NCBI RefSeq assembly: GCF_900107455.1 | Contig: NZ_FNQB01000004.1 | Span: 280,193-320,192 of the forward strand | Origin: Asanoa ishikariensis | GTDB lineage: Bacteria > Actinomycetota > Actinomycetes > Mycobacteriales > Micromonosporaceae | Direction: 5' to 3' | Length of the DNA stretch: 40,000 nt | Shown: positions 34,542 through 40,000 of the stretch, one piece after another | Layout: each line of letters begins with the position of its first letter | Position numbering within the stretch: position 1 is the first letter of the stretch | Translations under genes and position numbers: made by a program | The notes under the pieces: model-generated | Databases searched by the model: none | What the model saw: only the letters and a program-made list of their open reading frames with translations | What the model was told of the DNA's origin: nothing

Positions 34542-37500
34542 CGGCCTCCGCCGGGCACGGTCTCGCCGCGCATGACCAGCGACGCCGGCCCGACCGTGGC
34601 ATGCGCACCGACGGTCGCGCCCGGCAGGACGATGCCGTGCGGGCCGAGCGTGGCGCCCTCCTCGAGAGTCACCTGATCCATGCGCATGATCCGATCATGG
34701 AACAGGTGGGTTTGCACGACACAGCCGCGGTTGACGGTGGCGCCGTCGCCGAGGCGGATCAGGTCGCTCTCCGGCAGCCAGTAGGTCTCGCACCACACGC
34801 CGCGCCCGATCCGCGCGCCCAGGCCGCGCAGCCACAGGCTCATCAGCGGGGTGCCGCCGACCGAACCGGCGAGCCACGGGACGGCCAGGACCTCGACGAA
34901 GGTGTCGGCCAGCTCGTTGCGCCACACGAAACTGCTCCACAGCGGGCGCTCGCCGACCCGGAACGCGCCGACCAGCAGCCATTTCGCGGCGAGAGCGACC
35001 ACGCACGCGGCGATCCCGGCCGCGAACAGCAGCGCACCGACGGCGGCGATCGCGACAGCGAAGCCGTAACCGGCGGCGAGAGCCTGAAGACCAGCGAGGG
35101 TGAGCACCGCGAGCGCGACCGTGCTCATGACCGGGATGACCCGGCAGGCCTCGACGAGGGCACGCGCGAACATCAGGTGCGCCGGCGGGTCGAACGTCCG
35201 GCTCTGGTCGCCGTCGGCCACCGCGCGCGGCACCTTCATCGGCGGCATGCCGAGGTAGGAGCTGCCGGCCTTGGCCTTCTTCGGCGTCGCGGACAGCACG
35301 CCGACCAGCCCGCGGTTGGGCACGGCACGGCCGGGCGCGGTCATTCCCGAGTTGCCGAGGAACGCCCGCTTGCCGACGCGGGCGGCGCCGATCCGCAGCC
35401 AGCCGCCGCCCAGCTCGTACGAGGCGACCATGGTGTCGTCGGCGAGGAACGCGCCGTCGCCGACGGTGGTCATCGCGGGCACCGCGAGGACGGTGGACGC
35501 CTCGACCCCGCGGCCGACCCGCATGCCCAGCGCGCGCAGCCAGACCGGCGTGAACAGGCTCGCGTACAGGGGGAACAGGCCGACCCGGGCGAGGCTCATG
35601 AGTCGTTCGGTCGCCCACGCCTGCCACGCGACCCGCCCGTGCACGGGGTGGTAGCCGGCGCGCAGGCCGAGGCTGAGCGCCCGCACCAGGGCCAGAATGA
35701 GCAGCGCGTACGTGGCCACCACCGCCACGGTGGCGAGCGGCACGCCGATCAGCGCCTGCCCGAGGGCGGCCTGGAGGGTGGCGGTGCCCTGCACGAACCG
35801 GCCGAGCACCAGCAGCCCCGGCACCGCCGCGATCGCGGGGAGCAGACCGAGCACGAGCGAGGTCAGCCCGTACGCCAGGGTCCACCCGACCACGCGGTCG
35901 GGACGGCGCTGCGGCCAGCGGCGGGCCGCCCGGCCGGACCGGCTCGCCGGGACACCGGCCCACCGTTGCGCCGCGGGCACCGAACCGATCACGGCCGACC
36001 CGGGTGCGACCTCGGCCCGTTTGCCGATCCGCGCGCCGGGCATCAGCGTGCTGCGGGCGCCGACCGTGGCGCCGGCGCCGATCCGGATGCGGCCGACGTG
36101 CACGACGTCACCGTCGACCCAGTGCCCGGACAGGTCGACCTCCGGCTCGATCGCCGCGCCCGGCCCGATCCGGAGCATGCCGGTCACCGGCGGCAGGGAG
36201 TGCAGGTCGACCCCGGCGCCGATCTTCGCGCCGAGCGCGCGTGCGTAGTAGGTGATCCACACCCCGGTGAGGTTGGTCGCGCCGGTGGACGCCGCGAGCT
36301 GCTCGGCGGCCCACAGTCGCATGTGGACGCGACCGCCACGCGGGTAGGTGCCGCGCCGCACACCGCGCAGCAGCAGGCGGGCGCCGCCGGCCGCGATCGC
36401 GAGCCGGCCCGGCGGGCTGATGAACAGCAGCCAGCCGGCCAGGACCCACCACCAGGACACGGTCGGTGCCCACGGGTACGAGCCGAACATCGCGAGCACG
36501 TTGTTGATCGCGGCCAGGGTCACGACCCAACGCAGCCCGACCACGCCGAGCAGCGGGAGCATCAGGACGCTCTGGGCGATACCCGTGCGCCGGGGCGTCG
36601 GGCGCACGGTGCGGTTGGCCGCCTCCGCGGCCTTGAAGTCGTCGAGCCTGCGGGCCAGCGCGCGCAGGGTCGGGTGCTGGTAGACGTCGCTGACCGACGC
36701 GCCCGGGTAGCGGACGCGCAGCAGCGTGACGAGCTGTGCGGCGCCCAGGCTGGAGCCGCCGGAGGCGAAGAAGTCGTCATCGGTGCCGCCCGGCGCGACG
36801 CCGAGGATCTCGCTCCAGCACTCGGCCAGCCACGCCTCGGTGCCTTCCAGCCGGAGGGCGGTCGCGGCGGCCTCCAGCTCCGGCAGCGGCCACGGCAGGG
36901 CGGCCCGGTCCACCTTGCCCGACGTGCGGGTGGGCAGGCCGTCGACCACGGCTATCAGGGGCACCAGCGCGGCCGGCAGCGCGGCCCGCAGCCGCTCGAC
37001 CGCCGCCGCCTTGTCGAACCCCGTATCTGCCGCCGGCACGACGTACCCGACGAGAAGTTGGTTGCCGTGTGTGGTCGTGCGCACCGCGGCGGCCGCGGCG
37101 GCCACGTCCGGCAGCGCCTGCAGCGCCGCGTCGACCTCGCCCAGCTCGATCCGGCGCCCGCCCAGCTTGACCTGCTCGTCGGCCCGGCCGAGGAACACCA
37201 GCCCCTCAGGCTCGGCGCGGACCAGGTCACCGCTGCGGTACGCGCGCGTCCAGCCGAGTGACGGCAGCGGCGCGAACTTCTCCGCGTCCTTGTCGGCGTC
37301 CAGGTAGCGGGCCAGCCCGACGCCGCCGATCACGAGCTCGCCGATCTCGCCCATCGCGGCCGGGTGGCCCCAGGGACCCATGACCGCCAGCTCCCAGCCG
37401 TCGAGCGGCAGCCCGATGCGCACCGGACCCTCGCCGGTGAGCTGCGCGGCGCAGGCGACGACCGTGGCCTCGGTCGGCCCGTACGTGTTCCACACCTCGC

Positions 37501-38419
37501 GGCCTTCGACGGCCAGCCGCTCGGCGAGCTCGGGCGGGCAGGCCTCGCCGCCGAAGATGAGCAGCCGCACGTCGTCGAGGGCCTCGGCCGGCCAGAGCGT
37601 GGCGAGCGTCGGGACCGTGGACACCACGGTGATCCCCTGCTCGACCAACCACGGCCCGAGATCCATCCCGGTACGCACGAGCGAGCGCGGCGCGGGCACC
37701 AGGCAGGCGCCGTGCCGCCACGCCAGCCACATCTCCTCGCAGGAGGCGTCGAACGCGACCGACAGCCCGGCGAGCACCCGGTCGTCCGGCCCCAGCGGCT
37801 CGTCGCGCAGGAAGAGCCGCGCCTCGGCGTCGACGAACGCGGCGGCGGAGCGGTGGGTCACCGCGACGCCCTTCGGCCGGCCCGTGGACCCGGAGGTGAA
37901 GATGATCCACGCGTCGTCGTCGGGACCGGGGCGGCGGGCCTTTCCACTGGGTGTGCGGCGCTGTGTCAGCGTCCGGTCGGGTCCGAGGACGGCAGACACG
38001 TCCGCCTCGGCGAACACGAGCTCGGCCCGCTCGTCCGGGTCGTCGGCGTCCACCGGCACGTACGCGGCGCCGGCGGCCAGGACGGCGAGGATCGATACGT
38101 ACAGGTCGACGGTGCCGGACGGGACGCGCACGCCGACGCGGTCGCCGACCCCGACGCCGGTCGCGACGAGCCGCTGCCGCAGCTCGCTGATCTCGCCTTC
38201 GAGGGCCTTGTAGGTGAGCTGGGTGGCTCCGTCGTCGATGGCCGGGGCGTTCGGGTGCCGCTGGGCGGTTTGGGCGAGGATGTCCAGAAGGGTGCGCGCG
38301 GGCGGGGCGGTCTCGGCGGAGTACAGGGCCCACGGCTGGCTGGGCGCGACGGGTGCGTCGACGGGCAGCGGCTCAGCGGGGGCCTCGACCAGATCGACTT
38401 CGGCCACGTTCGCGCGCAT
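34502..38419 (-). CDS. Pls/PosA-type single-module NRPS (A-T, then transmembrane segments interleaved with hexapeptide-repeat domains); homopoly(amino acid) synthetase-like
   Basis: Track ORF 34502..38503, preferred ATG 38419 preceded by GGAGGGTGGAG. A-domain core motifs IIFTSGSTGRPKGV, NTYGPTEATV, GELVIGGVGLARYL, YRSGDLV, GRADEQVKLGGRRIELGEVD, GKVDRAAL. T-domain DDFFASGGSSLGAAQL. Then multiple hydrophobic helices and left-handed beta-helix repeats (GAKIGAGVDL..., GARIGRGVWCE...). No condensation or thioesterase domain. Confidence 0.85.
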   Translation of the reverse strand: MRANVAEVDLVEAPAEPLPVDAPVAPSQPWALYSAETAPPARTLLDILAQTAQRHPNAPAIDDGATQLTYKALEGEISELRQRLVATGVGVGDRVGVRVPSGTVDLYVSILAVLAAGAAYVPVDADDPDERAELVFAEADVSAVLGPDRTLTQRRTPSGKARRPGPDDDAWIIFTSGSTGRPKGVAVTHRSAAAFVDAEARLFLRDEPLGPDDRVLAGLSVAFDASCEEMWLAWRHGACLVPAPRSLVRTGMDLGPWLVEQGITVVSTVPTLATLWPAEALDDVRLLIFGGEACPPELAERLAVEGREVWNTYGPTEATVVACAAQLTGEGPVRIGLPLDGWELAVMGPWGHPAAMGEIGELVIGGVGLARYLDADKDAEKFAPLPSLGWTRAYRSGDLVRAEPEGLVFLGRADEQVKLGGRRIELGEVDAALQALPDVAAAAAAVRTTTHGNQLLVGYVVPAADTGFDKAAAVERLRAALPAALVPLIAVVDGLPTRTSGKVDRAALPWPLPELEAAATALRLEGTEAWLAECWSEILGVAPGGTDDDFFASGGSSLGAAQLVTLLRVRYPGASVSDVYQHPTLRALARRLDDFKAAEAANRTVRPTPRRTGIAQSVLMLPLLGVVGLRWVVTLAAINNVLAMFGSYPWAPTVSWWWVLAGWLLFISPPGRLAIAAGGARLLLRGVRRGTYPRGGRVHMRLWAAEQLAASTGATNLTGVWITYYARALGAKIGAGVDLHSLPPVTGMLRIGPGAAIEPEVDLSGHWVDGDVVHVGRIRIGAGATVGARSTLMPGARIGKRAEVAPGSAVIGSVPAAQRWAGVPASRSGRAARRWPQRRPDRVVGWTLAYGLTSLVLGLLPAIAAVPGLLVLGRFVQGTATLQAALGQALIGVPLATVAVVATYALLILALVRALSLGLRAGYHPVHGRVAWQAWATERLMSLARVGLFPLYASLFTPVWLRALGMRVGRGVEASTVLAVPAMTTVGDGAFLADDTMVASYELGGGWLRIGAARVGKRAFLGNSGMTAPGRAVPNRGLVGVLSATPKKAKAGSSYLGMPPMKVPRAVADGDQSRTFDPPAHLMFARALVEACRVIPVMSTVALAVLTLAGLQALAAGYGFAVAIAAVGALLFAAGIAACVVALAAKWLLVGAFRVGERPLWSSFVWRNELADTFVEVLAVPWLAGSVGGTPLMSLWLRGLGARIGRGVWCETYWLPESDLIRLGDGATVNRGCVVQTHLFHDRIMRMDQVTLEEGATLGPHGIVLPGATVGAHATVGPASLVMRGETVPGGGRWLGNPIAAWQAD

Positions 38420-38666
38420 GCTCCACCCTCCGACGAACATGAGCTGCACCGCCGGCGGGCAAGGCGCATCTGTTCCTCGGTGGCGCGCGGACACCGCGAC
38501 CACCGACCGGAAAGCGTAACGCAGTGTTAACCGTAGTTACCCCAAATTCGGCAACCTGGTGGCTGGTATCACAGGGAGGCCCGGGCCGTCCGCGCGCCGG
38601 GTTTCATCTGCCCACATTGGACATGAAGGCCCCGGGCGGCGGCACACGAGTCCACAGTGTCGGGGT

Positions 38667-38697
38667 GTCCCGGGACGATCGACGATCGTCCCGGGAC
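38667..38697. repeat. 31-bp perfect palindrome in the Pls/SARP divergent intergenic region
   Basis: gtcccgggacgatcg-a-cgatcgtcccgggac: 15-bp arms that are exact reverse complements around a single central base. Function is unknown (operator or hairpin). Confidence 0.6.
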
Positions 38698-38847
38698 GTC
38701 GGTCAGCTAGCAGCACTCGATCGAGTGGCCGCCCGACCTTCCCCCGAGTGCGCTCGCGGCGGCCGGTGCGGCCGCCATCGCGATCATGGCGGCGCCGCCC
38801 AGGATCACGATCGCCAGTCGCCGACCCAGGTTCGTGCGGAAGACGCC

Positions 38848-40000
38848 GTGCTCGGGCCGTTGCGGGTCGAGCGCGACGGCATCGGTGTTCCGCTCGGCCC
38901 ACAGCTCACCGCGCTGACCTCGACGCTCCTGCTCGAGCCGGGCGCCGCGATCCCGGCCCGGCGCCTGATCGACCTCCTATGGACCGGCGCACCGCCGGAC
39001 GGCGCGGCGGCCACCCTTCGCAGCCACGTCTCGCATCTGCGCACGGCTCTCGGACCTGATCCGATCGTCACCGTGGGCAGGGGCGCGCGCCTGGGCTATC
39101 GCCTCGACATCGACCCTGACGCCGTCGACTCGCACCGCTTCGCGTCGGCCTGTGCGCATTCGCAGCGGGCCGACGACGCCACGCGTTCGCTGGCTCTCCT
39201 CGACGAAGCGCTGGCGCTGTGGCGCGGTCCCGCGTACGCCGATATCGCCCATCAGCCCTTTGCCCTGCCCCAGATCGCCCGGTTGCAGGGTCTGCGCCAG
39301 GCCGCCCGGCGCGACCGGGCCGAGGCGTTGTCGGCGTCCTACCTCGCGCTGGGGGAGCGGGAGCGCACGATGTTCCGGGTGCTGGGGCTCTTTCCGGGCG
39401 CGGCGATCGGCGTCGACGCCGCCGCCAGTCTGGCCGGCACGACGGCGCTGTCCGCCACCGCGGCACTGGCGGTCCTCGCCGAGTCCAATATGGTCACCGA
39501 ACTGCCCGGCGGACGCTTCAGCACACATGACCTTCTTCGTGCGTACGCCTTCGAGCTGGCGACGCCGGACGCGGAGGCCGCCACCGGACGGCTCGTCGAC
39601 CACTATCTGCACACCGCTGAGGCCGCCGAGCGGCTGTTGAGGCCGCACCGGCACCGCGGGAGCACCGCCACGGCGACCGTGGCGTTCGACGACCAGGAAC
39701 AGGCGATGGCCTGGCTGGCCGCCGAGCGGCCCGTCCTGTTGGCGCTCCTGGAGAGCGCTTCGACCGGCGACACGGCGGCCGCCGCGCTCGCCCGTGCCAT
39801 GACGACGTACCTGCACCGGTCGCTGCAACCGGCCGTCGTCCTGTCCGTGGCGACGTCGGCGCTGCGGGCGACCGAGCGCACCGGTGACGCGTGGGGACAG
39901 GCGGATGCGCTGCGCGAACTCGGCCTGGCGCTCATCCAGCTCGACCGGCACAGCGAGGCGGCCGACACGCTCGACGCGGCGCTGGAACGGTTTCGCGACC
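38848..40000 (+). CDS. AfsR/SARP-family regulator (partial, continues past the window end), apparently lacking half of the BTAD and the NB-ARC P-loop core
   Basis: My own translation (not in the track because there is no stop in the window): VLGPLRVERDGIGVPLGPQLTALTSTLLLEPGAAIPARRLIDLLWTGAPPDGAAATLRSHVSHLRTALG (OmpR-type wHTH), then HRFASA...LDEALALWRGPAYADI (BTAD start), then directly SYLALGERERTMFRVLGLFPG...THDLLRAYA (NB-ARC C-terminal winged-helix region) and TPR-like repeats. The GTG 38848 start is inferred from alignment to the usual VLGPL N-terminus. Confidence 0.7.
   Translation, partial: MLGPLRVERDGIGVPLGPQLTALTSTLLLEPGAAIPARRLIDLLWTGAPPDGAAATLRSHVSHLRTALGPDPIVTVGRGARLGYRLDIDPDAVDSHRFASACAHSQRADDATRSLALLDEALALWRGPAYADIAHQPFALPQIARLQGLRQAARRDRAEALSASYLALGERERTMFRVLGLFPGAAIGVDAAASLAGTTALSATAALAVLAESNMVTELPGGRFSTHDLLRAYAFELATPDAEAATGRLVDHYLHTAEAAERLLRPHRHRGSTATATVAFDDQEQAMAWLAAERPVLLALLESASTGDTAAAALARAMTTYLHRSLQPAVVLSVATSALRATERTGDAWGQADALRELGLALIQLDRHSEAADTLDAALERFRD

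Noticed and set aside
33373-34676. ORFs 33373..34608 (minus, 411 aa) and 33594..34676 (plus, 360 aa) overlapping the M1 peptidase gene
   Set aside because: These are low-complexity Arg/Pro/Gly translations. The HEXXH-X18-E frame (33216..34541) is the only one with recognisable protein features.
34511-38530. Large ORFs antisense to or out of frame with the Pls-type NRPS (34511..37261 plus 916 aa, 34695..35963 minus 422 aa, 37227..38333 minus 368 aa, 37364..38530 plus 388 aa)
   Set aside because: All give Arg/Pro/Gly/Asp-dominated sequences with no motifs. The frame with canonical A-domain, T-domain and hexapeptide motifs explains the whole interval. Such ORFs are typical shadow ORFs at this GC content.
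38707-38808. Small minus-strand peptide ending ...VILGGAAMIAMAAAPAAASALGGRSGGHSIECC* that looks like a signal/lipo-peptide or RiPP precursor next to the NRPS
   Set aside because: Its only in-frame start candidates are a GTG at 38808 and internal ATG codons, none with an obvious RBS. It lies just upstream of the proposed SARP start, in a region left open in the SARP frame. In high-GC DNA the complementary frame of such a stretch often stays open. There is not enough support to call it.
1-40000. Search for CRISPR arrays, integrase/transposase genes, IS inverted repeats, rRNA and tRNA genes
   Set aside because: I found no regularly spaced direct repeats, no tyrosine or serine recombinase or DDE motifs in any track ORF, and no rRNA- or tRNA-like sequence. 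Absence is judged by eye only.

Overview
High-GC actinobacterial chromosome. The flanks look like core genome, and they bracket a roughly 29 kb region of visibly lower GC (about 4194-33215). Left flank: a partial FtsX-type ABC permease, an ABC ATPase, a divergent HisKA_3 histidine kinase with a NarL/LuxR response regulator, and an ornithine cyclodeaminase-family gene. The central region is a full Dpd-type 7-deazaguanine DNA modification/restriction island made of two convergent operons whose genes mostly overlap by 1-11 nt. The plus-strand operon carries queC-queE-queD-folE2 (a complete preQ0 pathway), a DUF328/YaaA-like DpdC candidate, and a TGT-like DpdA flanked by two paralogous DGQHR (DpdB-like) genes. 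The minus-strand operon carries an SNF2 helicase, a RecQ-like helicase, a 306-aa unknown protein, a 1018-aa P-loop protein, a 223-aa coiled-coil protein, a 1469-aa DEAD/DEAH helicase with a zinc-ribbon insert, a PLD nuclease and a 649-aa protein. Divergent from the SNF2 gene is a two-gene module: an HTH-N6-adenine methyltransferase-TRD fusion followed by a cytoplasmic Ser/Thr kinase with a TPR-like tail. I regard this pair as the least-explained candidate system in the window. Right flank: an M1-family zinc peptidase coupled to a Pls/PosA-type single-module NRPS (A-T followed by membrane-embedded hexapeptide-repeat domains), and a divergent AfsR/SARP-like regulator that appears to carry an in-frame deletion of its NB-ARC core. 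I could not recognise any rRNA, tRNA, CRISPR array, integrase or transposase. Dpd letter assignments for the helicase/nuclease half rest on domain content and gene order recalled from the Salmonella dpd cluster, not on a database search.
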